Shown here: in pieces, positions 20,428 to 30,598 of the stretch
How positions within the stretch are numbered: the first letter of the stretch is position 1
How the letters are laid out: the number at the start of each line of letters is the position of its first letter
Source of the DNA: a bacterium
GTDB lineage: Bacteria; UBA8248
Assembly (NCBI GenBank): GCA_965202625.1
Contig: CBDBBI010000010.1
Coordinates: forward strand, 640,001-704,000
Reading direction: 5' to 3'
Length of the DNA stretch: 64,000 bases
Position numbers and translations under genes: made by a program
The notes under the pieces: generated by a model
The model's input: only the letters and a program-made list of their open reading frames with translations
Told to the model about the DNA's origin: nothing
The model's database searches: none

Positions 20428-21852
20428 GAGCTCAACCTCCGCAAGCAGCGAAAACTATGAAGGACCGCAAAGAAAGTCCGTTCTCCGAGGGGTGTTCCGC
20501 GCACCATCTGGGCTAAAACATCTACGCCTATAGGAATTTCTTTCAATAAATGTTCGATATCTTCTAATCTTTTTATCGTCACGCGCCTCCGCGTTTTTTC
20601 GTCCCCGGGAACGCGATACGATAGTTCCCTAATTACCATACCCGCGCGCGCAAGCCATCGGCGAAGGCCCGGCTCCCTGTTTTCACCTTGCGTATGTAGA
20701 CGCCGCTTGCTTTTAACCTGTTTTTCTCCCGCAGTTCATCCGTGAGATTCCCTAGCTCCATTCCGTAACTTTTATGTTTTCCCAGTCCATCAGTTTTTCT
20801 CTCAGGCGCTTTTTTCGCCGCAACTCCAAAATCAGGCAAGTGGACCATTTTGACCGAAAATCTCCTCCTGCGGGCATTGCGCACCACTTCCACAGCCACA
20901 GTTTCTCCCGGCGGCGTCCAGCCAACGAGGCGCTGGAGATGAGACGTATTCAAGACAGACGTGCCATTGAGGCTGACGATAACGTCTCCCGTCTTGATGC
21001 CTACTCCCTCGGCCGGCCCATCCTTTAGCAGTGAACCCACGAGTTCGCCTTTTGGTTTCGACAACCCCAACAGGTGGGCGATGTCCTGGGTCACTGGCTG
21101 TATTGTCACCCCTAAGTACCCGCGTGGAAAATTTCCGCTTCGCTTCAGATATTTGACGACGTCTTTCGCCATGTTGACGGGAACGGCGAAACCAATGCCG
21201 CTGCCAGGCATTGGAATGGCGGTGTTTATGCCAATGACTTCGCCGTCGATGTTGAATAAAGGCCCACCGCTGTTGCCCCGGTTTATGGCAGCATCGGTCT
21301 GGATGAAGTCCTCTATAACGGGCGACGCCAACACCGGTGCGTCCGATTCCACTCACAACGCCCACCGTGAATGTTCTCGTAATGCCGAATGGGTCTCCGA
21401 CAGCTATCGACCACTGCCCCACCTGCACTTTATCAGAGTTTCCCAGAGCCGCCACAGGGAGCGGACGATGTGGATCAATTTTGAGAAGTGCGAGATCCGT
21501 ATATTTGATCCGTCCCGATGACCTTCGCCGAATATGTGGACCCATCAGAAAGCCGCACGCGTAATCTCTCTGTGTTAGCCACCACATGATTGTTCGTCAA
21601 AATATAGCCTTCTGGATCGATGATCACGCCTGAAGCAGACGAATATTGCGGTATATCCGGGTGTGGTATTTTTGGGTCCCGTTGGGCGGGTTTCTTTATC
21701 CTCTCTGAGCGTATGCTTACAACCGTTGGCTTTACTCTTTCTGCAATGCCCGTGAATACCGTTTCGATTTTCTTCATGAAATCAATGCCAAGGCTCGCAT
21801 AAGCGGATGCGCCTAAATTGAGGGAAAATACGAAAAAGATGGACACAGACAC
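20424..21852 (-). pseudogene. degP: HtrA/DegP (Do family) serine protease, three frameshifts
   Basis: [30 protein letters not shown] and two PDZ domains spread over four successive ORF fragments. Confidence 0.88.
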
Positions 21853-22020
21853 AATGCTTTGATAAATTATCGATCCCTCTTGCCTTACTTCAAGATCAGA
21901 GAATTTTCTTACAAATTATACAGTGATGTTTGTATCTTTGGGGAAGCGCGCGCGAGAAATATAAAACGCCTTAAAGAGGACAATGCGGCTCCCAGAAGCC
22001 GGTAACGGAGAGGAGCCCGA

Positions 22021-22806
22021 TTAGAAAGAAATCGTATTGCTTTTGAATATATCGCTCATCAAATTTTTCTCGCCCGCAAAGTCCTCTACGATGAAGGCGA
22101 AAAACCACGCGCCCTTTTTCCAAAAAGCCAAGCGGTAACCATCTTTTTCAGCTTCATACACATTTTGCCCTTGCACTCGAAAACTGGCCAGCATAGGCAT
22201 GGGATAAGTGATGCCTTTGCTATCTCCGATAAGCAGGGCTGTATTCCTGCCCCCAACTCGGTAGCGAACAAATGCTCCTTTTTGTCCTGCGAATGGGCAT
22301 AGGCGCACACCGATTAGCCTCCCCTGCTGAAATTCAACTGGTCTCACCTCCTGCTGGAATTTTTCATGTAGCCAAGAGGCTACTTTGTTGATATCAGAAG
22401 ATTTGAGGTCGAGTGGATTTTGGATTTCCACCTTATAAATTGTCATTGTTGCAGCAACCAAGCCAGCAGGCATTGTAGCGATGCGGCTATATGTCGTCCA
22501 TCCTCCTATCACCAAGACAAATACAGCAGCTACTACCAGGACAATTCTGCGTGTCGAATGGTGTTTCCGCCATTCGGCTCCCATTGCGCGATGCGCGCGT
22601 TTTTTAAGCATTTCGGAGGCTCTTGGCACGGAATCTCGCATTGCTTCACGAAAAATACGCTTTTGAGTAACTACCCGGTCATGTTCGGCTCGGCACTCAG
22701 CGTCTCTTCGTATCCAAGCCTCTACATCAAGGGTATCCTTGACGTTGAGTTCATCATCAACGTAGGCATCAACGAATCTCATGGCATCTTCACGGTTCAT
22801 ATTCAT
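22021..22806 (-). CDS. Transmembrane anti-sigma factor
   Basis: N-terminal degenerate zf-HC2-like region (AYVDDEL...C), a single TM helix and a periplasmic domain; directly follows the ECF sigma. Confidence 0.8.
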   Translation of the reverse strand: MNMNREDAMRFVDAYVDDELNVKDTLDVEAWIRRDAECRAEHDRVVTQKRIFREAMRDSVPRASEMLKKRAHRAMGAEWRKHHSTRRIVLVVAAVFVLVIGGWTTYSRIATMPAGLVAATMTIYKVEIQNPLDLKSSDINKVASWLHEKFQQEVRPVEFQQGRLIGVRLCPFAGQKGAFVRYRVGGRNTALLIGDSKGITYPMPMLASFRVQGQNVYEAEKDGYRLAFWKKGAWFFAFIVEDFAGEKNLMSDIFKSNTISF

Positions 22807-22942
22807 CTATCCAAAATTGAATCTATTTCATTGTGCCAAAACTTCTTTCGTCAAAGCCAGCGTAGACGAAATTCATCATTACTGTTATCAACATGATGAT
22901 TTCAAAATAATTTCCTGCGCATGCGATATCTCATGGATTTTG

Positions 22943-23488
22943 CTATCCCGAATTATCATAGGTGCTCAAAATGCCGCGCAGCATCCTTCTCGCTCGATAC
23001 AATCGAGACATCACCGTGCCGAGTGGACAATCCTCTATGTCGGCAATCTCCTTGTATGAAAACCCCTCGACATCGGATAAAATAACGACTCTTTGAGATT
23101 TTTCTGGCAAACTCGACAAGGCATTTTTGATTTCTTCACTCGTTCGTCGATTGAGGAAATCCGTCTCCGGCTCTTGCCTTAAATGAGATTGGACGACTGC
23201 ATCAAGTTCGTATCTATGAAACTCGGGCTCGTCGATCCCCACCGTATTCGGTGTTCGCGCGTGTTTCCTGAATTGGTTGATATAAGTATTTTTCAGTATT
23301 TTGAATAGCCAGGCGCGGAGATTCGTCCCAAGTTGAAATTGTTGATAGAATCGAATAGCTTGCACGTACACATCCTGCACCAAATCCTCTGCATCCTGTT
23401 GGTTTCCCGTCATGTGGACGGCACTGCGATAGAGCGCATCTATATGTATTAAGGCTTGGGCTTCAAAATCTTTTTTTGATCTAGTCAC
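22943..23488 (-). CDS. ECF sigma-70 factor
   Basis: DAEDLVQD, GTNLRAWLFKIL, GFSYKEIA..CPLGTVMSRLYRAR; start placed at GTG 23488 (ORF track 23515). Confidence 0.93.
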   Translation of the reverse strand: MTRSKKDFEAQALIHIDALYRSAVHMTGNQQDAEDLVQDVYVQAIRFYQQFQLGTNLRAWLFKILKNTYINQFRKHARTPNTVGIDEPEFHRYELDAVVQSHLRQEPETDFLNRRTSEEIKNALSSLPEKSQRVVILSDVEGFSYKEIADIEDCPLGTVMSRLYRARRMLRGILSTYDNSG

Positions 23489-23960
23489 TTCGGGCGAACA
23501 ATCTACTAATTTCAAGTATTACTTCAAGTTCTACAGGGGCTCCCAACGGGAGTTCAGCTACGCCGACCGCTGTTCTGGCGTGTCGGCCTTTCTCTCCGAA
23601 GATGTCGATAGCCAAATTGGACGCCCCATTCAAGACAAGGGCTTGATCTGTAAAACCTTCCGAAGAAGCCACATAACCACTTATTCGGACGATTCTCTCT
23701 ACATGCTCCAGATCGCCGAGAGCCGCCTTCGCCTGGGCCATAGCATTCAAAAAACAGACCCTGGCACATTCTTGGGCCTGAGCCACGTCGATGACATGCG
23801 AAACTTTTCCCATATAAAGCAATTTGCCGTCTTTTAGTGGAATTTGGCCTGAAATGAACATCAAAGATTGAGAGATGACATATGAAACATACGCCCCGAC
23901 AGGTGTTGGCGCATCGGATAGTTCTATTCCCAATTCATTCATTCGAGTAGAGACGTTCAT
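23481..23960 (-). CDS. RidA family protein (YjgF/Atu1372-like)
   Basis: PVGAYV, ISGQIP, NGASNL...FGEKGRHARTAVGVAELPLGAPVELE; ATGA overlap with the mobA stop. Confidence 0.88.
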   Translation of the reverse strand: MNVSTRMNELGIELSDAPTPVGAYVSYVISQSLMFISGQIPLKDGKLLYMGKVSHVIDVAQAQECARVCFLNAMAQAKAALGDLEHVERIVRISGYVASSEGFTDQALVLNGASNLAIDIFGEKGRHARTAVGVAELPLGAPVELEVILEISRLFARSD

Positions 23961-24580
23961 TTCGTTTTTCCTGTTGCCCACATTGCTTGTATCTTTTCGA
24001 ATTCTTCTTTTGTGTTCGCGTTTAAGAAAGACGCCGCATTTGGATCCCATACTCTCCATGTCGCCTCGTCCACCTTTCTGACACGCGCCTCGGTGTGAAA
24101 ACCTACCATTTTCAAGTCTCCTGTCGAAATGGATTTTTCAATATACGTTTTACATTTTTTCCCGTAAAAAGCACAAAGTGGCTCAGGGTGATTATTTTTT
24201 ATGGGGATAACCACATCCCAATCGTTCACCATGGAGGCGATGCCAGATATGAGATTAGGTTTTAGCAATGGCATATCACATCCCACCACGAAAACATGGG
24301 AGCCTTTAGCGATCGCCACAGCCGAATGCAGTCCCCCCAACGAGTCATAGCCCGGATAAATGTCCCCCACTACGGAAAAACCCATTCGCTGATATTTTTC
24401 TTTTTCGTTTGCTATGACGAAAACTTCTGAAAATATCTCGTCCAAGATGTTTGCTATGTGTTGAATGATGGGAAGTTTCCCAATCTTGAGCATCGATTTG
24501 TTTCGGCCCATTCGGCGACTCTGTCCGCCCGCTAAGATAGCAGCCGAAAAAGGTAATTTACCCTCTGTTTCTGTGCTCAT
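23957..24580 (-). CDS. mobA: Molybdenum cofactor guanylyltransferase
   Basis: ILAGGQSRRMGRNK, LGGLHSA, CDMP, EPLCAFY, FLNANT. Confidence 0.92.
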   Translation of the reverse strand: MSTETEGKLPFSAAILAGGQSRRMGRNKSMLKIGKLPIIQHIANILDEIFSEVFVIANEKEKYQRMGFSVVGDIYPGYDSLGGLHSAVAIAKGSHVFVVGCDMPLLKPNLISGIASMVNDWDVVIPIKNNHPEPLCAFYGKKCKTYIEKSISTGDLKMVGFHTEARVRKVDEATWRVWDPNAASFLNANTKEEFEKIQAMWATGKTK

Positions 24581-24626
24581 GATATGTTTCAGGCAGCGGA
24601 CACACGATCCTGAATCAAATGGTATT

Positions 24627-25898
24627 TCAGGTATGCGTCCGCTCAAGGGAATCCACTTTGAGGCGCTCCACAGGTGTTTCAGTAGATGATTCATTCAACA
24701 GAATCACCTGGACGCGACTCCCAGTGGCGAGTTCTGTTTCAAACTCCGGGAATATGACCAGCCCATTCGCGCGAACCATGGAATGCAATATATTGGAACC
24801 TTGAGCTTCGATTGCTCGGACCACCCACCCTCCTTGCTCTCGGTATGCGACAGAGCGCACATAGTGGCGCCTCTCGGGCGATTTGGTAAGCGGATGAAGA
24901 AGACGCGCCTCTACTGTCGTGCGGAACAACCTTTTTTTGCGTTGCATTTTTAAGAGGGCTGGCCGGACAAACAATTCAAAGCTGACCATTGTGGAAACGG
25001 GATTTCCCGGCAAGCCGAACACAGGCTTGCCATTTAACGTTCCAAAAGCCATCGGCTTACCGGGTTTCATGCGGACACGCCAAAACCGCATATCGTTGCC
25101 AAGACCGCCCAATGTTGATTTGACCAAGTCGAAATCGCCTACCGACACACCGCCACTTGTTATCATCAGATCAGCGACTAGCCCATCATTGATGTGGCGC
25201 TTTAAATCTTCCGGGTTGTCCCGGGCAATGCCCAACAGAGTAGGTATGCCCCCGGCCTCAATAACCTGGGCAGCTAGGGCATAGGAATTAGAGTTGAATA
25301 TCTGCCCAACACGAGGGACATCTCCAAGATCGATCAACTCCTCTCCCGTCGCCAGGATCGCCACCCTTGGTTTTTGATAAACATACGCGCTTGCCCGGCC
25401 GATGTTCGCCAGCATACCAACTGATGCCGGCCCTAAGCTCATTCCTTCCGCGAGAACGGTTTCACCTATCTTCACATCTTCGCCCGACGGCCTAATCGCC
25501 TCTCCTCTCTGAACCTCAAAAAAAACATGAACTTCATCGCTTGAAATTCTTTCCGTCTCCTCAATCAATACAACAGCATCTGCTCCATCGGGAATAGGGG
25601 CTCCCGTCATAATTTTAATTGCATCGCCTGGCCCAACTTTATGCCCCGCTATGACGCCAGCTTGAATCTCTTCTATTACTTTCAACTTCCTGGGAGTTTT
25701 ACGAGTGGCGTTCCTGACGTCCTCCGCCCGCAAAGCGTATCCATCCATCGCCGAATTATTCCACGGCGGGATGGGACTCAATGAGCGCACATCTTCCGCT
25801 AGCACCCTGCCCAAACAATTCAGCAAACCTACTCTTTCTCTACCCATCGGTTGAATGAATTCTAGTATGGCCCTTTGGGCATCTTCTACGCTAATCAT
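24627..25898 (-). CDS. moeA: Molybdopterin molybdotransferase (gephyrin-like)
   Basis: SAMDGYA, IMTGAPIP.GADAV, TGEEL, SGGVSVGD, KPGKP, LPGNPVS. Confidence 0.96.
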   Translation of the reverse strand: MISVEDAQRAILEFIQPMGRERVGLLNCLGRVLAEDVRSLSPIPPWNNSAMDGYALRAEDVRNATRKTPRKLKVIEEIQAGVIAGHKVGPGDAIKIMTGAPIPDGADAVVLIEETERISSDEVHVFFEVQRGEAIRPSGEDVKIGETVLAEGMSLGPASVGMLANIGRASAYVYQKPRVAILATGEELIDLGDVPRVGQIFNSNSYALAAQVIEAGGIPTLLGIARDNPEDLKRHINDGLVADLMITSGGVSVGDFDLVKSTLGGLGNDMRFWRVRMKPGKPMAFGTLNGKPVFGLPGNPVSTMVSFELFVRPALLKMQRKKRLFRTTVEARLLHPLTKSPERRHYVRSVAYREQGGWVVRAIEAQGSNILHSMVRANGLVIFPEFETELATGSRVQVILLNESSTETPVERLKVDSLERTHT

Positions 25899-26459
25899 CC
25901 ACAACTCCAAGCACTCAAAAGAAATCGGCACCATCCTAAATGCAACTATTATAACCTAAGGCGGTCAAGGAACAATCGAAACAACATGCAATTCTAAAAC
26001 GAAACTTCACGTTTGCGAGGTAATGAAATTTTGATTTGAAATGCTCTATGCCCAAATAGGAATTTAAATTTAGATACAAAAGTGAAATACGTGTTCGGTT
26101 TGGAAGGGAGTTGTGTTTACCCATTGGGAAAAGTACGAAAGTGCCCGTCCCTGCCTACATTCACGATGCAATTAGAGAATCCGAATCACAAGCAGACTTT
26201 GAATAGACGTAATCACCTCAAGCGGGGGAGAAAAACACCCAATTGTTCGTATTCCATCACGTAACATTATTAACCAAACGACAACTTACAAATCTCTTTT
26301 CTTTTCAAGTTGTCATGGTCGCTTGCTATAAAAGGTGTTTGGGGCGCAAAAGAGAAAACAGAAGGGGTTGAGTTCGTCTTTGTTTAACGTTAGATAGGGA
26401 TAATGTCTTTTGCGTCGGAGCCGCACAGTATCCCGCAACATACAAAAGGAGGAAGCACT

Positions 26460-27458
26460 ATGAAACTGCTCCAAAGTTCGAGGGGGACCATTAGGATTCT
26501 TACTCTCGCGCTGAGTCTGTTCATCACTGCTGCCCTTGGAGCGGGACAGGCTTTCGCTGAGTGGAAGCCGATGCGCCCAATCGAGTTCATCATTATGGCG
26601 GGCAAAGGTGGCGGTGCGGATCGCATCGCTCGCTTGATGCAAAAAATTGTTACCGAGAACAAATGGTCGCCACAGCCCCTAGTTCCAATCAATAAAAAAG
26701 GAGGGTCTGGTGCTGAGGCCATGCTCTATCTTTACTCCAAGAGAGGTAACCCCCACGTGATTCTCGTTACCTTGAACAGCTTCTTCACCACTCCCGCCTT
26801 GCGAAAACTTCCCGTCAATTACACGAAACTGACGCCAGTCTACAGGTTGGCTATGGACACTTTCCTTCTTTGGGTGAACCCTAAATCAAGGATCAAGAAT
26901 ATCGACGATTTCGTGAAGGCTGTAAAAGCCAAAAAAGGGAAATGGACGATGGGCGGCACAGGGAAAATGCAGGAGGACCAGCTCGTCACCAACATGTTGA
27001 TGCAGGCGTATGGTCTTGAAGGCATGATCACTTACGTGCCTTTCCGTGGTGGGGGCACCGTCGCGAAAAATCTTGCAGGTGGACATATCGATTCCACAGT
27101 GAACAATCCATCCGAGGGACTTCCCCACTATCCGGGCAAAATGAGGCCGATCGCCGCATTGACGCCGGAACGGATTCCTGCATTCGGCGAGGTTCCCACT
27201 TTCAAAGAATTGGGGAAGCCACAACTCGTGTATTTCATGCAACGCAGCATCAATGCGCCTGGAGGCATCTCGAAAGACGCTCTGAACTGGTATGGTGATT
27301 TGTTCTCCAAGCTCTGTAATTCTGACGAATGGAAATCTTATACGAAAGAGAAATCGTTGAATCGCGCTTGTTTGAGCGGCGCTCCCCTCGGGGCATTCTT
27401 CGCCTCTGAGGATGTAAAACACAAGCAACTGCTCAAAGGCATGGGACTGCTGAAATAA
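26460..27458 (+). CDS. tctC: Tripartite tricarboxylate transporter substrate-binding protein
   Basis: Signal peptide, AG.GGGAD..AR, NKKGGSG, VPFRGGG, VPTFKELG; AGGAGG RBS. Confidence 0.9.
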   Translation: MKLLQSSRGTIRILTLALSLFITAALGAGQAFAEWKPMRPIEFIIMAGKGGGADRIARLMQKIVTENKWSPQPLVPINKKGGSGAEAMLYLYSKRGNPHVILVTLNSFFTTPALRKLPVNYTKLTPVYRLAMDTFLLWVNPKSRIKNIDDFVKAVKAKKGKWTMGGTGKMQEDQLVTNMLMQAYGLEGMITYVPFRGGGTVAKNLAGGHIDSTVNNPSEGLPHYPGKMRPIAALTPERIPAFGEVPTFKELGKPQLVYFMQRSINAPGGISKDALNWYGDLFSKLCNSDEWKSYTKEKSLNRACLSGAPLGAFFASEDVKHKQLLKGMGLLK

Positions 27459-27475
27459 CTTGGAGAAGAATGTAG

Positions 27476-27967
27476 ATGCAACGGGCGGATAGGGTTGTCG
27501 CCGTTGGACTGATTCTTCTATCCCTTGGCGTCGCCTGGAAATCAACGGAGCTACCCGTTGGCATCCTCCCCAAAGAGGGGCCAGGAGGAGGATTCCTCCC
27601 CTTCTGGCTCTCTTTGGGGATAGCTGTCGTGTCGTTGCTCATATGGCTTGAATCGCTTTTTTTCTCGAACCGAAAAAAATCCCAAAGAGATGACTCGAAA
27701 ATTTTCGTGAGTAAAGAAGGTTTGCGAGATTTATTGCGCGTTGGCATCCCCAGCATGCTTATGATTCTTCTCGTCCCCATCATCTCCGTGTATTTCTCCG
27801 CATCTCTTTTTATCTTTTATTGCTTGTTCCGCGTCGGACGACACGGATACAGCACAAGCCTCGCCGTATCGGTAAGCGTTCCTGTCGCAGTGTATTACAT
27901 GTTTGAGAAGTTTTTGATTATCCCCTTACCAAAAGGATATTTGGATTTCTTATTTTATTGGAATTGA
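27476..27967 (+). CDS. tctB: Tripartite tricarboxylate transporter small TM subunit
   Basis: GPGGGFLPFWLS, four TM helices, FEKFLIIPLPKG. Confidence 0.88.
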   Translation: MQRADRVVAVGLILLSLGVAWKSTELPVGILPKEGPGGGFLPFWLSLGIAVVSLLIWLESLFFSNRKKSQRDDSKIFVSKEGLRDLLRVGIPSMLMILLVPIISVYFSASLFIFYCLFRVGRHGYSTSLAVSVSVPVAVYYMFEKFLIIPLPKGYLDFLFYWN

Positions 27968-28055
27968 TGATTGTATTCTATTTGCTTCCTTACCATTGAA
28001 AAAAAAGATCTGCGACCGGAAAGGAAAGCGAAATTTATCATAAGGGCCAAACAAG

Positions 28056-29588
28056 TTGGAAATTCTTGGAAATCTATTTTACGGCTTAGGAATTGCACTT
28101 TCTCCTCAAAATCTTTTGATGGCTTTGTTCGGCGTTATCTTGGGCGTTGCTATTGGCGCGATGCCAGGACTGGGTTCTGTAAACGGGGTTGCCATCTTGC
28201 TCCCCATCACTTTTGCCGTTCCTCCTACTAGCGCCATCATATTCTTGGCGGCTATCTATTATGGCGCCATGTATGGAGGCGCGATTAGCTCAATCACTCT
28301 AAATATTCCGGGGGCATCTACCGCCGTTGCGACTACGTTCGACGGTTACCCACTGGCGAGAAAAGGAAAAGCCGCCGATGCCCTTGTCACCGCTGCGGTG
28401 GCCAGTTTTTTGGGCGGAACGTTGTCCATTGTCCTCTTCACTTTTTTTGCACCGCCCCTAGCGGACTTCGCTCTGCGCTTCGGTCCGCCTGAGGAATTCG
28501 CCGTCGTGCTATTGGCCTATGCCACATTTGCGGGATTAGGGGGTGAAAATCCTCTAAAAACGATAATCGCCACCATGCTGGGTCTACTCATGTCCACCGT
28601 GGGTACCGACATCGTGAGCGGCTCGCCACGCCTGATATTCGGAGGCATTACAGGCTTCTATCACGGTATCAATTTTCTCGTTTTAGCGATCGGAATTTAT
28701 GGTATCGGCGAAATTTTTTACACCCTAGAAGAAGGGATGTCCAAAAGAGAAAGGTATCAGACAAAACTCGGGGTCAAAGAGGTCGTCTCTACCTTAAGGG
28801 AACTTTCTAAGTACTCTACCACTATCTTGAGAGGGTCTGTTTTGGGGTTTTTTGTCGGAATGCTTCCCGCCGCCGGCGCAACGCCGGCGAGTTTCATGAG
28901 CTACAGCATCGCCAAAAGATTTTCAAAAAATCCAGATGAGTTCGGTCGAGGCACCATCGAAGGAGTCGCTGCGCCTGAGTGCGCCAATAATGCTGCGAGT
29001 ACAGGGTCGATGCTCCCTATGCTGACCTTGGGAATTCCAGGCTCCCCGACCACGGCAGTGATGCTCGGAGCTTTGTTTGTATGGGGGCTTGTGCCAGGGC
29101 CCCGGTTGTTTGTCGAAAACGCAGAGTTTGTTTGGGGTCTTACCGGGAGCCTCTACATCGCCAACACGCTGGCGGTCATAGTCGCCATTTTCGCCGTTCC
29201 TATTTTCATCTGGATGCTCAGAATGCCCATGACGATCCTTGCTCCGGTCATTCTGGTTGTTTGCGCCGTGGGGGGTTTCTCGCCGACTCAGGATATGTTT
29301 GACGTCTATCTAATGTTCATATTCGGCGCGGTTGGATATGTGTTCCGAAAGCTGGACTATCCCCTTGCGCCGATGGTGTTGGCTTTGGTTCTAGGAGGCC
29401 TTACCGAACGCACTTTTCGGCAGAGCATGATCATGAGCCATGGGAGTCCCGGCATTCTTTTCGATTTTGTGGGACATCCCATCGCAGCAACACTCATGAT
29501 GATTTCCATCGCCTTATTCATCACACCGCTCGTGCCCGTGATTTTCAAACTCAAAATTTCTCGCAAAGGCACGACATCCTCATCCTGA
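28056..29588 (+). CDS. tctA: Tripartite tricarboxylate transporter large TM subunit
   Basis: GAMPGLG, YYGAMYGG, NIPG, APECANNA, LTLGIPGS. Confidence 0.93.
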   Translation: MEILGNLFYGLGIALSPQNLLMALFGVILGVAIGAMPGLGSVNGVAILLPITFAVPPTSAIIFLAAIYYGAMYGGAISSITLNIPGASTAVATTFDGYPLARKGKAADALVTAAVASFLGGTLSIVLFTFFAPPLADFALRFGPPEEFAVVLLAYATFAGLGGENPLKTIIATMLGLLMSTVGTDIVSGSPRLIFGGITGFYHGINFLVLAIGIYGIGEIFYTLEEGMSKRERYQTKLGVKEVVSTLRELSKYSTTILRGSVLGFFVGMLPAAGATPASFMSYSIAKRFSKNPDEFGRGTIEGVAAPECANNAASTGSMLPMLTLGIPGSPTTAVMLGALFVWGLVPGPRLFVENAEFVWGLTGSLYIANTLAVIVAIFAVPIFIWMLRMPMTILAPVILVVCAVGGFSPTQDMFDVYLMFIFGAVGYVFRKLDYPLAPMVLALVLGGLTERTFRQSMIMSHGSPGILFDFVGHPIAATLMMISIALFITPLVPVIFKLKISRKGTTSSS

Positions 29589-29602
29589 TAAGGACCATAA
29601 CG

Positions 29603-30496
29603 CTAGATGTCCGTTGCACAGCGAAAACCAATGTTAAAATTCTTATACCATGGCTCGAAACCCTCTCGTGCCGAACATCGTAAACTGTCTTCGATATAAT
29701 CCCAGCCGCAACCACGTGCGACTTTAGCAGTCCAGGCATAACCCGCCCTGCGCGGGAGCCAACCTTCATTATCTCCAAAGCGAATCTTGTAGCTGTCTTT
29801 GTCTCGCTGGAGGATTTCGTAACGCTCACCCCTCTTGACTTCACCGATCCTCAGCGTTCCTCCACCTGGAACCGCAAATACGGGAACCTTCGACATCGCC
29901 ACTTCAAAGGTTGGCCGATCAAGCCCTCGTGGGTTTTTCGAGGGGCCTGTCTGATAATAGAAACCATCAAACCAATCTGAGACCCACTCAAATACGTTCC
30001 CCGCCATCTGCACACACTTATAGGGAGAGGCGTTTTCTGAGAATTCATGCACATTTACGGGGCAATGGATATCAATTCCCGTATAAACAGCTCGTTGATG
30101 AGTAGGTTCATCTTCTCCCCACGGATATTTTCGTCCATCCGTTCCTCGAGATGCTTTTTCCCATTCCGCCTCAGTAGGCAAACGCTTGCCCACCCATTGA
30201 GCATAAGCGTTCGCCTCCTCCCAACTAATGCTGACGATCGGCTGGTTTGGTCCCACGAAATCATCTTTTGAAAATGACGGGGGGGGAGGAAACGCGCTGC
30301 TTCCGTCCAAAAAGGCGCGATACTGCGCATTGGTTACGCAATATTTGTCGATCCAAAAGGCGTCAAGCGTGACCTCGCGTTGTGGTCGCTCGTCTGCGTT
30401 TCCGGTATCTGAACCCATCAAAAATGGACCGGCTGGCACATACAACATCGTAGAGCCGTTTTTCCCTCTTACCTCAGATATTTCATTCATCTCCAT
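29603..30496 (-). CDS. FGE-sulfatase (SUMF1/EgtB/PvdO) family protein with SH3-like insertion
   Basis: F.MGS, VTNAQY, RLPTEAEWEKASRG, MAGNVFEWVSDW, GFRC; about 55 aa beta-rich insert ending EGWLP. Confidence 0.85.
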   Translation of the reverse strand: MEMNEISEVRGKNGSTMLYVPAGPFLMGSDTGNADERPQREVTLDAFWIDKYCVTNAQYRAFLDGSSAFPPPPSFSKDDFVGPNQPIVSISWEEANAYAQWVGKRLPTEAEWEKASRGTDGRKYPWGEDEPTHQRAVYTGIDIHCPVNVHEFSENASPYKCVQMAGNVFEWVSDWFDGFYYQTGPSKNPRGLDRPTFEVAMSKVPVFAVPGGGTLRIGEVKRGERYEILQRDKDSYKIRFGDNEGWLPRRAGYAWTAKVARGCGWDYIEDSLRCSAREGFEPWYKNFNIGFRCATDI

Positions 30497-30531
30497 CCCT
30501 ATGTTCTATCCGTTCGTGTTTTCAGATTAGG

Positions 30532-30563
30532 AGAAAAAGGACGGGGCCCCTCCAGGCCCCGTC
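30532..30563 (-). terminator. Rho-independent terminator after the oxidoreductase operon
   Basis: GACGGGGCC-TGGAGG-GGCCCCGTC followed by CTTTTT on the minus strand. Confidence 0.75.
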
Positions 30564-30598
30564 TCAAAACTTGCTCGTGAATATATTTCCACATACCA

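Noticed and set aside
26280-26314. Inverted repeat GACAACTT...AAGTTGTC upstream of tctC
   Set aside because: 8-bp arms in AT-rich DNA with no cognate regulator or second copy; could be chance.
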